This document shows, one piece after another, positions 30,205 through 63,574 of a stretch of 64,000 nucleotides of DNA (positions are counted from its first letter, which is position 1; each line of letters opens with the position of its first letter). The notes beneath the pieces are model-generated. The model was not told the origin of the DNA. It saw only the letters and a list, made by a program, of their open reading frames with translations, and did not search any database. This DNA comes from the human T2T-CHM13v2.0 reference genome, Homo sapiens, in NCBI RefSeq assembly GCF_009914755.1, contig NC_060935.1, one strand, 5' to 3'. The translations under genes and the position numbers were made by a program.

Positions 30205-30637
<433 letters not shown>

Positions 30638-31024
30638 CTACCTCCTGAGTGTCTCTAGAATTCATTCTTTCCTTGCCATTTTCACTGCCAGTGTCCTAGT
30701 CCAGACCATCATCATCTCATGCCTGGGAAAATGCAACAGTCCCCTTTCCTGTGCTTTCCTCCTCATCCGTTTTCCATAGAACGGCCAGAGAGATCTCCTG
30801 ACACCTGAGCTCACGTCTTGCCTTCCCTCCCACACTCTGCCCTTCAGGCATAATGCCCAGTTGTGGGGTCTCAGGTGTACCATCCCTACCATGCCCCAGG
30901 CAGGCCCATCACCTTTTGCATATGTCTTTCCTTCTCCCAGGAACGTCTTTCTCCTCAAATATCACAAAAAGCATTGCCTACTTCCTCAGGCTGGGGTGGA
31001 GTGCATGCCATCATGGCAGGCTAA

Positions 31025-36540
<5,516 letters not shown>

Positions 36541-36546
36541 TTTTAA

Positions 36547-37171
<625 letters not shown>

Positions 37172-37679
37172 TTAAAAGTTTTTCAACATTTTTGACAACA
37201 ACATCTGGATTCTCACATTCTCCCTCCATGAAAGAGAAAATGAGGAACTATTCTCTCTCTTCCATGGTGGAACACTCCAGGTACTCCCAGCCTGGAAGGC
37301 CAGACCCTCCAACTTTCCCTGAATGACCCCCTCACCAAGAAGTGTGCATTGAATGTGGGACTGACCACACATGAGGTCAGTTTGTTGGTCTATCTAGACT
37401 GCCTTTGGACTTCCCTTGCCTCTGATCTCATTCCTTTAATTAACAAACATTTACTGAGGGCCTACTGTGTTCAGGCCCCAGGCCAGGTTCTGAGGACATT
37501 GTGGAGAACAAAATACATTCCCTGACCTCATGGAGCTTTCAGTCTCATGGTAGAGAGATCCACAAGCTAATTGCAGGTTATTTGACTGTCTGCTGAATGA
37601 ATGCATTAGTGGAAGAATGAATGAGTAAAAGCTACATTGTCCAAATTCCTGTCCTGTCAGAATTGATGTTGACGTTCTT

Positions 37680-39619
<1,940 letters not shown>

Positions 39620-39881
39620 TTAGTTAACATTTAACATGTTTTTCTTGAGTGCCAAGTATGTGACAGATTTAGAGCAAGGGTTTTTACAGGGCATACAATG
39701 TAACACCCTGTCTTTCCCTGACCAAGTTTAGTACCATCTGAAAAACAGACACATAGGATAGAGATAAAAATGTTACTTCTGTAACCAATAGAGTTGTTGA
39801 GAAAATGCATTTGAAGTCCCTGTACCCGTCCCAGAGCTGCACAGACTTACCCACTCTGCTCCCAAAGGTTTCTCCTTCTTT

Positions 39882-40353
39882 TGATGTAGGGTAGGCAAGC
39901 CCCCAAATTGGGGCTTAGCCCGGGAGGGTTCTTGGCTTTGTCCAGGAAATAATTCCAGGGTGAGCCAGTGCTGTTAGACAGACACTTTTAGTGAAGTGGC
40001 AGTGCACAGCAGCAGCAGATGTACTGTTCCTTGCACACCAGGGCTACCCCGAGTAGCAGCTCAGAGGTAGTTCTGCAGTCATATTTATACCCACTTTTAA
40101 TTATATGCAAATTAAGGAGAAGATTATGCAGAAATTTCTAAAAATAAGGTGGTAACTTCTGAGTCGTTTGGTCATTAACACAGAAAGAGGCAGTAACTTC
40201 CAGGTGTTACCATGGCAATGGTAAACTGACATGGCACACTGGTGGGTGTGTCTTATGGAAAGCTGCCTCCACCCCATCCCTGTTTTAGCAAGTCCTCAAT
40301 TTGGTCTGGTGTCCCAGCCCCACCTCCAGAATTGAGACCTGCCTCCTACCTCA
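39882..40353 (-). mobile_element. Solo ERV1-class LTR (MER66/MER41-related)
   Basis: TG...CA termini, 4-bp TSD CTTT on both sides, internal TATAAAT on the minus strand and ATGCAAAT. The subfamily call is tentative. Confidence 0.75.
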
Positions 40354-40877
40354 CTTTGGGTCCCATACATAGTTGCTTCTAACAACTTCACCAAGAAAAG
40401 TCTCTTTTCTACTTCTTGGGAGGGGTGAGTGAGAGAAAGTGGGACAAGGCCACTTTTCTGCAGTGTTAGTTACTCCAGAAAAGGTCCACCATGTGGAAAC
40501 AGATATAATGAGAAATAATCCTTAGTTTGTGTTAATCAAACCCAGTCAGTTATCCAACCAGTCAATTCCTCAATCCAAGCAGCATGAAACTGCACTCCTA
40601 GTTAGGTTTGTGGATTATAAATGCTCATAAATTCCTTATCCCGTCCCTCATGGAAAGGTGGGGTTTACTTCTCCACCCCCTTAATTCTGGACTTGGCCTA
40701 TGACTTGCTTTGAACCAGTAGAATATGGTGGAAATGAAGCTGTGCCCAATTCTGGGCTTACCCTTTAAGACAGAACTGGCAGCTTCTGTTTTCTTCTCTT
40801 GGAATTCAGCCACCATGCTGTGAGGAAGCCCAAGCAGTCCTGTGGGGAGGCCCATGTAGAGGAGAATCAAAGCTCCA

Positions 40878-41064
40878 TTCTCAGCCTTTTGGGTAAGATC
40901 AAGTGTAGTATCTGTTCTTATCAGTTTAATATCTGATATGTCCTCTATTCGAGGACACAATCTATATTAAATAGATTTTTGGAACTAAGAGATGGAATAG
41001 GAGCTTGCCCCACCCACTCCACACATTTACCTAGCATTGCAGTACCTCCAGGAACAGTGTACCC
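40878..41064 (+). pseudogene. U2 snRNA pseudogene (near full length, diverged)
   Basis: TTCTCAGCCTTTTGGGTAAGATCAAGTGTAGTATCTGTTCTTATCAGTTTAATATCTGATA...GATTTTTGGA (Sm site)...TTGCAGTACCTCCAGGAACAGTGTACCC aligns to U2. Lacks the first ~5 nt and any upstream PSE context; likely TSD AAAGCTC(C/T)A. Confidence 0.92.
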
Positions 41065-41144
41065 CTAAAGGGAGATAAAGTTTAAAAATGAAAAAAATAG
41101 GGAATAAAAAGCTCTAGCCCTACCATCCAATTGGCTGGGGGAAT

Positions 41145-41146
<2 letters not shown>

Positions 41147-41184
<38 letters not shown>

Positions 41185-41186
41185 AT
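41147..41186 (+). repeat. (AAAT)n tetranucleotide microsatellite
   Basis: About 10 AAAT units. Confidence 0.9.
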
Positions 41187-41476
41187 AGCTCTAGCCAGCA
41201 TCAACTTGCCAGCCATTGGAGTGCACCATCTTTGAAGGGTCCTCCAGCTCCAAGGATGGAGCTGGAGGCACAAGAAGAGCTGTCTCAACCAGGCCTTGCC
41301 CAAATTGCATAATGGTAAGAAAATAAATGATTGGTATTGTCATAAGCCTCTAGGTTTGAGAGTGGCTTGTTTCACAGCCCTAATCTAATTTGACTCCCTG
41401 TTCTTGGCCCCAGACCCAGGGCCTGCCACAGAATAAGAACTCAGGGAGTGTTGAAGAAGTGAGTCAACAAATGATT

Positions 41477-46138
<4,662 letters not shown>

Positions 46139-46625
46139 TGATACTCCTCCTTTCAAGACATGGAACCTCGCTCCCCTCCCGCGAATGTAAACTGGACTTA
46201 GTGACTCACTTCTAAAGAATAGAATCAATGAAAGTGATGGTGAGAGACCTAGGAGAGCTGGCACAAACACACTTTGGCTTCCTGTCTGCACTGTCTCTTG
46301 GATCTCTTGCTCTGGGGAAGCCAGCTGCCATGTCATGAGACACTCAGCAGCCCTGTGGACAGGTTCACATGGTGAGGAACTGAGGCCCCCCAGCCAATAG
46401 CCGTGTAAGTGAACCACCTGGGAAGGCGATCCTCCAGCCCCACACAAACCCTCAGAAGACGGTAGCCCTGGCCAGTATCTTGACTGCAAACCTCACGAGA
46501 GACTGTGAGGCAGAACCTCCAAGTTAATGCTCCCACATTCCTGATCTACAGAAACTGTGAGATAATACATTTTTTTTTTCATTTAAACCACAAAGTGTGG
46601 GGTAATTTTTATTTATTTAGGGCAA
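46139..46625 (+). mobile_element. MaLR (MLT1-type) LTR
   Basis: GAAGCCAGCTGCCATGTCATGAG...TCCTGATCTACAGAAACTGTGAGATAAT, typical of MLT1. Confidence 0.7.
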
Positions 46626-47319
46626 AGCTGACACATTCCAGATAAGGCTCCCAAACTCGAGATGCTCTCTCAACAACTGGCCCAAAGGACTTTCTGCGCA
46701 GCCACTGCCTCTCCTGCTGCTCCTTGCCTCAAGTCCCCTACTACATGGTGTGATATGCACTTGTGGGGTCTAGTTCACTGCACATGGCAAGATGCACTCT
46801 CTGCAATCCTTGAGATTGTTCAATTTTCTCCTGTAATCTGTTAAGGGGGCAAATCAGATTCATCAGTTTTCTCATCTCTAACCTTGCATTTTTAGAATAA
46901 ATCCAGCTTTGGCACACTGCGTTCTCTTCCTATATATTACCAAATTCATTTTGCTAATAATTTGCTTAGGATTTTTCCATCTGTGTTTATGAGCCTGCAG
47001 TATTTCTTTCTCATGCAGTCTCCATTAGGTTTTCATGTCAAGAACACTACCCTTGTGACATGTGGAGGGGAGGTCCTTCTTTTTTTCAATACTCTGGAAG
47101 AATTTATACAAGATAGAATTATTTGTTTTTTCAATGTTTGGTTAATCTTACTGGTGGAGCCATATAGGCCTGGAGTTTTCTTTGTGGTAAGACTTTGTCT
47201 ACTTATTCAATTTGTTTAATGTTATAGGACTAATCAGGGTTTCTATTTCTATTTGTTTTAGTTTTGGTACACTATATTTTTCTATAAGGTCTTGTTCATT
47301 TTTATATACATCTAAATAT

Positions 47320-48742
<1,423 letters not shown>

Positions 48743-48747
48743 ATATA

Positions 48748-48997
48748 CAGGTTGAGTATCCCTCATCTGAAATGCTTGGGACCAGATATGTTTCAGATTT
48801 TTTTTTTGAATGCTTGCATATATAATGAGATTTCTTGGGAATGAACCCAAGTCTAAACACAAAATTCATTTATGTTTCATATACACCTTATACACATAGC
48901 CTGAAGGTAATTTTATATATGTCATGTCAGTGCTTAAAAAGTTTGGATTTTGGAGCAGTTTAGATTTTAGATTTTCAGATTAGGGGTGTTTGACTTG
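48748..48997. mobile_element. Tigger4a/MER46-type MITE
   Basis: TA-flanked CAGGTTGAGTATCCCT...AGGGGTGTTTGACTTG inverted termini, about 250 bp. Confidence 0.7.
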
Positions 48998-49048
48998 TAT
49001 TAAATTAATATGTATTCCTTACATAAAATATAAATATAAAACTTGGCA

Positions 49049-53483
<4,435 letters not shown>

Positions 53484-53487
53484 GGTA

Positions 53488-53676
53488 GGTAACTTCTTGA
53501 ACATAATCCTTTCCTGAGATCATCAAAACTTCTCCAAATTTATTATTCAGTTTAGTTGCTTTCCACTCAGCCAGTCTCTGCTGTCTGTACATTTCAATGG
53601 CATGTTCATCCTCCTCATCAAATTCGTCTACATGATCCTCCAGCTCTTCCAAATTCATATCTTCATATGTTTTCAC
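53488..53676 (-). pseudogene. Phosducin-like 3 (PDCL3)-derived processed pseudogene fragment
   Basis: [63 protein letters not shown] closely matches my recollection of the PDCL3 N-terminal region. Truncated at both ends and abutting an Alu head. Confidence 0.85.
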
Positions 53677-54826
53677 TCCACACAACAATAAGGGTATGAA
53701 TGAGAAGTTTCTCGAGTTTACAAAACAAGAGTTTTATCTGCCTGACGTCACCTGGTTCAGCCCTCAGGTAAACTCCTGGGCTGGATGTTATCAACAGTTC
53801 CCATACCATCCAAGGAGACACAGGATCAATCTTCCAGGGTGTTTGCTTTTTGTCTCTGGCCAGGGCTACTGTCTTCTGATGGCTTGTGTGGGGCTGGAGG
53901 ATCCCCTTCCCAGGCGGCTCATTTACATGGCTGTTGGCTGTTGGAGTAACAGAAGGTATGAAGAGAGAGAGGAAGGCAGAGAAGTATTTGGAGAAATATG
54001 AAATAAAAATGAGAAAGCATACGAAAAGATGCTCAATGTCATATGACATTAGGGAATTGCAAATCAAAGCAACAGTGAGGTGCCACTGCACATCTATCAA
54101 AACAGTTAAAATGCAAAATACTGGCAACACCAAGTGCTGATGAGGATGTGGAGCAACAGCAACCTTCATTCATTGCTGGTGAAAATGCAAAATTGTACAC
54201 TCACTTTGCAAGACGATTTGGCAGCTTCATATGACATGAAATAGATTATCACCATATGATCCAGCAATTGCTAGATCGTAGATATTTACCCAATTGAGTT
54301 GAAAATTCATAGATATTTATCTAATTGAGTTGAAAACTTATGTCTACCTCCAAACCCCTGCACAAATATGTATAATAGCTTTTTCATACTCTCCCCAAAC
54401 AGGAAGCAACCAAAATGTCCTTCAATAGAAGAGTGGATAATAAAACTGTGGTATATCCATACAATAGGATATTATTCAGTGGTGAAAATCATAAGTTATT
54501 TTGATGATTAATTTTATGTGTTTATTTGGCTGGGCCACAGTGCCCACATTTGTGGTCAAACATTATTCTGGATGCTGTGGTGATGGCGGTTTTGGATAAG
54601 AGTGACATTTAAATTGGTCAACTTGGAGTAAAGCAGATTGCCTTCCATAATGTTGGAGGACTCTGTTCAATCAGTTGAGGTTCTGAATAGAAGAAAAGAC
54701 TGACCTCAGCCGGGCGCGGTGGCTCACGCCTGTAATCCCAGCACTTTGGGAGGCCAAGGCGGGCAGATCATGCGATCAAGAGATTGAGACCATCCTGGCC
54801 AACATAGTGAAACCCCGTCTCTACTA

Positions 54827-55405
<579 letters not shown>

Positions 55406-56115
55406 TGAGCCACCACGCCTGGCCTCCAATTTTAAACTTACTACAAAGCTACAATAATTAAGACTATGTGCTACTGGCATGATAGACAAATAGATGAATA
55501 GAATAGAATTGAGAGTCCAGAAATAAACCTATACATTTCTGGTTAACTGATTTTCTATAAGGGTGCCAAGACCTTTTAATGGGGAAAGAATAGTAGGACA
55601 ACTGGATATCCACAGGCAAAAGAATGAAGTTAGCCACCTAGCTCACGCTATGCAAAAAACACAACCAAACCAATCTCACAATAGATCATAGACCTAAAAT
55701 GTAAGAACTAAAACTATAAAACTCTTAGAATAATGTATTTATTTGTTTACTTATTTCCTCTTGTCACTTTTCTGTGAACATATTTGTAATGGCTGCTGTG
55801 AAGGCACTATGTGCTAAGTCCAATATCTGGGCCCGTTCAAAAGCGATGTCTATGGCTGCATTCTCTTTTCCTGTGGATGGACCAGACTTTCCTTTTTGTT
55901 TGCATGTCATAATTTTTGTTGAAAAAATGTACTTTTAGGCCGAGCGCGGTGGCACACGCCTGTAATCCCAGCACTTTGGGAGGCCAAGGCAGGCAGATCA
56001 CCTGAGGTCAGGAGTTCGAGACCAGCCTGGTCAACATGGTGAAACCCCATTTCTAGTAAAAATACAAAAAAATTAGCCAGGTGTGGTGGCACATGCCCAT
56101 AATCCAAGCTACTCA

Positions 56116-56220
<105 letters not shown>

Positions 56221-56462
56221 TCAAAAATAAATAAATAAATAAATAAATAAACAAATAATATGTACTTTTATCCAGTTTCATCCATGTTGTTGAGAATGAC
56301 AGAATTTTGTTCCTTTTATGGGTGAACAATATTCCATTGTGTATATATACCACATTTTCTTTACCTATTTATCCACTGATGGACACTTAGGTTGATCTCA
56401 TATTTTGGCTATTGTGAATAGTACTGCAATAAATATGGGAGTGCATTTAGAAATATACTTAA

Positions 56463-56813
<351 letters not shown>

Positions 56814-57557
56814 TAATACACTGTAGAAACTCTGGATGCCAGCCCTCTCTTAGGAGTCAATGTTGTTACTGTTTGGTTGGCCATTTCTTTTTTGGTTTAG
56901 TGACTTGACTGAATTAACTTTGTGAAGTGTATTTTCCTTGCAGTGTGTAGCCTGGAATGTCTGTTTTCTGATTTTTTTTCTTTTAAAAAAATCTAACAAC
57001 TGGGCCTGGTGGCTCATGCTTGTAATCCCAGCATTTCTGGGGTTGAAGCAGGAGGATAGCTTGAGCCTAAGAGTTCAAGGTAGCAGAGAGCTATAATCAT
57101 GCCATTGCACTCCAGCCTGGGTGATATAGCAATACCTTGTCTCAAAAAAAAAAAAAAATCTTTTAGCTTGGCTCTCTAGGGGTCACCCCCGGTCAGCACA
57201 ACTCACTTATGGTCAAAATGACCATAAACCACTTATTGGTCAAAGTTTGTGCTTAAGTTCCAGATTTTTATCTTTACTAGTAGATACGTGTGTGGCCTGC
57301 AGACTGGCTACTGCACTTCAGTGAGTTTATGTTTTTGCTCATGTTCAGTCAGAGAATATGCTTCCCCATTTGCTGTATGTGCCTTTAGGATAATTTACAG
57401 ATTTGAAATGATTGGGTTCTTAAAATAAATTTTTCTGGCCGGGTGCGGGGTGGCTCACATCTGTAATCCCAGCACTTTGGAAGGCCGAGGCAGGCGGATC
57501 ACGAGGTCGGGAGTTCGAGACTAGCCTGGCCAGTATGGTGAAACCCTGTCTCTACTA

Positions 57558-57749
<192 letters not shown>

Positions 57750-58060
57750 TTAAATGGTTGTTTTGTTGGGGAATGGGTCTGCTGAGCTCCTTACACCACC
57801 ATTTTGGAAATTGGTGGTGTATTTAAATTTTTTAAAATATCTTATTCCTATGGTTCCCTCCCCTTTGTCATATATTTGTTATATTTGTCTTTCTCCCTTT
57901 TTTCCCCCTGAAACAAGGTAACTAGTGGTTTGTCTTTTTTTTTTTTCCAAGACAGATTCTTGCTCTGTTGTCCAGGCTGGAGTGCAGTGTCCCGAACATG
58001 GCTCACTGCAACCTCTGCCTCTCAGGCTCAAGTGATCCACCATGCCCAGCTAGGTTTTTT

Positions 58061-58061
<1 letters not shown>

Positions 58062-58107
<46 letters not shown>
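58062..58107 (+). repeat. (TG)n microsatellite inside an Alu mid-region
   Basis: About 22 GT units. Confidence 0.92.
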
Positions 58108-58110
<3 letters not shown>

Positions 58111-58200
58111 GTTTTGTTTTATAGAGACAGGATCTCTCTATGTTGCCTAGGCTGGTCTTGAACTTCTGGGCTCAAGCAATTCTCCCATCTTGGCATCTCA

Positions 58201-58572
<372 letters not shown>

Positions 58573-59679
58573 TCATTTTATTACACTGTGCTCAGAGAAT
58601 ATTGTTTGTATATTTCTACTTTTTTTAAGGTACTGATGATTTCTTTGTGACCTAAGATATGATCATTTTTTGTAAATATTTTGTTTCTTTGGAAACGTGG
58701 TTTTTTTTTTTTCCAGGGGAATTTTTCTTGGTTGGTGTGTGTTATTTTGTTTTCAGATTTTTTAAAATATCAGCTCCATACGGATCTATTCATCTTCTTT
58801 CTATTCGTTTTTGTGGTATTGGATGGTTTACAAGATTCCTAGCTCAATAGCACACTGTTAGGTCAATATAGCAAAGTTCAGATGGTTTAGAAGCTTTTTA
58901 TTTGTTTGTTTCGGTGTGGGGGTGGGTAGGGTTTTGTGTTCTCCCATTGCTTGGTTCTCTTCGGACCCTCAATTTCTCCCTTCTGCATTTTCCCACTTCA
59001 CTTACTCAATTGCCCACGGATGCTTCTGGCCCATTTTAGCCCTTTTTTTTTTTTTTTTTACCCCTCCCGCGGAATCAGTGGACTTTAACGACCTCCCCTT
59101 CCTATCGCACATACTTGTAAGCCCCTTCCCTGAGGTCTGAGCTCTGACTTCCCAGGACGTCTTCTTGGTATTTTCAGATTTTAGAATGTCGCAGTCTTTC
59201 TGATAGTTGCTCTCGACCAACCCCAGCCCGGATCGATACTCCTTTCTCCCCTCCTTCCCCAGCTTTTCTTGGCACAAAGCCTCGTGCCTGGGAGAGGCCG
59301 CAGCGCACGACGGCGTGCGGGGATATGGTCGCTTTCTTTTTATTTACATTTATCTTGAAGTTTGGACCTTCTCTGCTTTCAAGTTATGCCGACGCTGTGG
59401 TTTTGGCAGCGTTTTATTTTTCCTTTCTTGTTGTCTGGGGCTGTGTGGACAGCAAAAGTTGGCGGATGGGGACCCAGGCAGCCCCTTGGGCCTCAGGACC
59501 CGGAAGTCCCCCTGGCTGGCTTGTGACTTTTTAAGATGGAGTTCAGTTCATCAGCGTGACAGCTTTTCTTATTTTCTAACACGCGCGTTTGAGGTCATAA
59601 ATTCCTCTCTAAGAATTACTAGTTGTGTCCTCCAACTTTGACAGACAATATTTTCTTTCTTTCTTTTTCTTTTTCTTTT

Positions 59680-59723
<44 letters not shown>

Positions 59724-60202
59724 AGACGGAGTCTTGCTCTGTTACCCAGGCTGGAGCAGTGGCGCGACCTCCGCTCACTGCAACCTCCGCCTCCCGGGTT
59801 CACGCCATTCTCTTGCCTCACCCACCTGAGTAGTTGGGACTACAGGCGCCCGCCACCACGCCCGGCTTTTTGTATTTTCAGTAGAAACGGGGTTTCACTA
59901 TGTTGGCCAGACTGGTCGCTAACTCCTGACCTTGTGATCCGCCTGCTTCGGCCTCCCAAAGTGCTGGGATTATCGGCGTGAGCCACCTCGCCCGGGTACA
60001 TTTGATTAATTTTTAGGAAGATGTTCTGTGCGTGCTTTCCTGCCTTTGTTGGGTGCAGTGCCAGCTTATTCGTCCACTAGGTCAAATTTCTTCATCATAT
60101 TCTTCATATCTTTTACTGCTTTGCTAACTTTTTTGCCTTGCATGTGCCATCATATCTACAATTATGATTGTGATTTGTTTTTCCGTGTGGTTCTGTTGAT
60201 TT

Positions 60203-60248
60203 TACACACACACACACACAGACACACACACACACAGACACACACACA
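60203..60248 (+). repeat. Interrupted (CA)n microsatellite
   Basis: ACACAC...AGACACAC run. Confidence 0.88.
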
Positions 60249-60572
60249 TGCGGTTTCTTGCTTATTGACTTTATTTTTAGGAGTAAACAAATTACTATAT
60301 ATTTTTTTCTTTACCTGGATTCTGGTTAGGTAATTATACACTTTTTTTTCTTCCTTCCTTCCCTCCCTCCCTTCTTTCTTTCTTCTCCTTCCTTTTTCCT
60401 TTTATTTTTCTCTTCCTGCCTCTTTCCTTTCCTTTATTTTCCCTCCCCTCCTTCCCCTCCTCTTCTTACCGACAGGATCTCCCTATGTTGCCCAGACCAG
60501 CACTACAGGTGCACACCACCACATCCGGCTGTATATTTTTAAAATCACTACATAAATTCTCTTTCTCCCTAG

Positions 60573-60833
<261 letters not shown>

Positions 60834-61520
60834 TGAACTCCTGACCTCAAATGATCTACCTGCCTCGGCCTCCCAACGTGCTGGGATTACAGGCATAAGC
60901 CACCGCGCCCGGCCTAAAGTTGTTTTAATATATTAGTGTAGTTATCCCAGCTTTCTTTTAGTAATTGCATATTATTTTTTCTATCTTTATATTTTGAAAT
61001 TTTTAATATTCTTATTTATTTATTTATTCATGTTTTAGAGACAGGGTCTTGCTGTGTCACCCAGGCTGGGTAGAATGGCATGATAATAGCTCACTGCAGC
61101 CTTGAACTCCTGGGCTCAAGTGATCCTCCCACCTCAGCCTCTTGAGTAGATAGGACTGCAGTCACGTGCCACCATGCCAGGCTAGTTTATTTTTGGTAGA
61201 GATGGGGCCTTGATGTATTGCCCAGGTTAGTCTCTAACTCCTGAACTCAAATGATCCTCCTGTCTCGGCCTCCAAAAAGTGCTGAGATTATAGGCGTGAG
61301 CCAATGGACCTGGCCATATATATATTTTTTGAGCTGGTAGTATGTTATTATGTTTTATGTGTATTCTTTTATATCCTTTTACGTGTATCCTTTATAGCAT
61401 GCAATATTAATATATGATTTTACAAATTATATATACATTTACATGAATATAAATTTTATAAATAGTATATTAGTTAGCATAGAATAAATTTTGCTGTGAT
61501 AATTGTAGCAGGCAGAATAA

Positions 61521-61904
<384 letters not shown>

Positions 61905-62048
61905 TAAGGATCTTGAGATGGGGAGATTATCTGGGCAGATTGAAGAGCCCAGTGAATCATGGGATTCTGAAAAGTGAAAGAGAAAGGCTGGGCATGGTGG
62001 CTCATGCCTGTAATCCCAGCATTCTGGGAGGCCAAGGCGGGTGGATCA

Positions 62049-62401
<353 letters not shown>

Positions 62402-63469
62402 TTACTGGGGGAGGAGGAGAACAGTTGAAAACACAGCTGGTCTAGGAGATTCATTCGGTTTCATGGAACACCTTCTCTGTGCAGGCAGCGTCCAGGAACA
62501 GCTGTAGACCACACAGCCAGGCTACCCAGCGTGTGGGCCCAGCAGCCAGGCTGGAACTCTATCTCTACTTACCAGCTGAGTGGCTGGCAGGAAGTTACTC
62601 AGCCTGTCGGTCAGCAACCCAAACTCTGTGTGTTAGTTGTTTGTTCGCTGATAAAATGAGGCTTCTCATCATTCTCATCAACTTCACGGGCTTGCTGTGA
62701 GGAACACGTGAGCTGATTCCATCACAGACTCCTCAGTAGGCAGCAGTAGGTGTTTAGTGAACGGGCTATGGAGGCTGCCCCACTCACTACTTCCTTTCTA
62801 GGGGAGGCCGACTTCAAATGCGTGCACACACACAAACAGGATGGCCTGATGCAGACCAGCTGGTCTAGAAAGGCCTTCACGGCCTCAGGGAGCCTGGGAG
62901 GCGGCCTGGGGGAGACCATGAAACAGCAGATACACCAGAGACCAGAGATCAGAGAGAAAACAAAGGACCCAGAGATCCACAGACATCCAGACACCAGAGG
63001 CAACAAGAAACTGAGAGACTCAGAGGCCCACTGAGACCCAGGCAGCTTGTTCTGTGTTACGAGGGGAAAAATAAAATAAGAAACAAAAGAGAGACTCGGG
63101 GGGCCTCAGTGAAACCTAGAGACTCAAGGAGGCCAGGAGATTCAGAGACACCCATAGAGAGCCAGAGACCCTGCCCTAGCAAGGCACAATCAATGAAAAA
63201 AAACTCGCCCACCAGGCCCTCGCAGTCCGGGTCTCATATCCCGGCTCAGCACCTTGGCGCTGCATTTGTCAAGAGGGGAACAGGGATCCTAGCTCCCTGC
63301 CTGTCCTATGGGGCCTTAGGCCCTGGGGTCCAGCTGGCCTGCCTTCACCCCTCTTGTAGTTGATGAAGCTTTGGAGAGGCTTTCAAACCCTGGGGAGCCA
63401 CAGCTGGGTGCCGACTGGACTCACTGGCAGAGAGGCAGGCGGTGAAGGCCAAGCCTCGCCCCCCAGGAA

Positions 63470-63548
63470 GGCCCTGATTGGTGGACGGGCTGCTTTGGGC
63501 AGGGCCGCCCTCAGGCTATATAAGTGCACTCGCGGCGGCGTTGGTGTT
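63470..63548 (+). promoter_or_regulatory. SPDYC core promoter: inverted CCAAT, GC box, TATA box
   Basis: GATTGG 63476-63481, CCGCCC ~63505, TATATAA 63517-63523. Confidence 0.75.
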
Positions 63549-63574
63549 ATGCTCTGGGCCATTCCTGAGCTCGG
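63549..63574 (+). CDS. SPDYC: SPDYC (speedy/RINGO C) exon 1 coding part; gene continues beyond the window
   Basis: ATG CTC TGG GCC ATT CCT GAG CTC GG|GTAAG = MLWAIPELG, which I recognise as the N-terminus of the long annotated SPDYC protein; strong donor site. Confidence 0.75.

Larger units (their letters stand above)
40606..41375 (+). mobile_element. MaLR (MLT1-type) LTR interrupted by the U2 pseudogene and an (AAAT)n tract
   Basis: MLT1-like motifs GCCACCATGCTGTGAGGAAGCCCAAGCAG and AAATAAATGATTGGTATTGTCATAAGCC. Confidence 0.65.

Noticed and set aside
40625-40960. 111-aa minus-strand ORF beginning ...ISDIKLIRTDTTLDL
   Set aside because: This is the antisense translation of U2 snRNA sequence, a common spurious protein.
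40878-41064. Functional U2 snRNA gene
   Set aside because: 5' end missing, many substitutions, embedded in an LTR with TSD-like flanks and no recognisable PSE.
62905-63170. CAGAGA/GAGAC-rich quasi-repeat resembling a spaced array
   Set aside because: Degenerate purine-rich low-complexity sequence with no fixed repeat or spacer period; no CRISPR-like or prokaryotic system is present in this human window.
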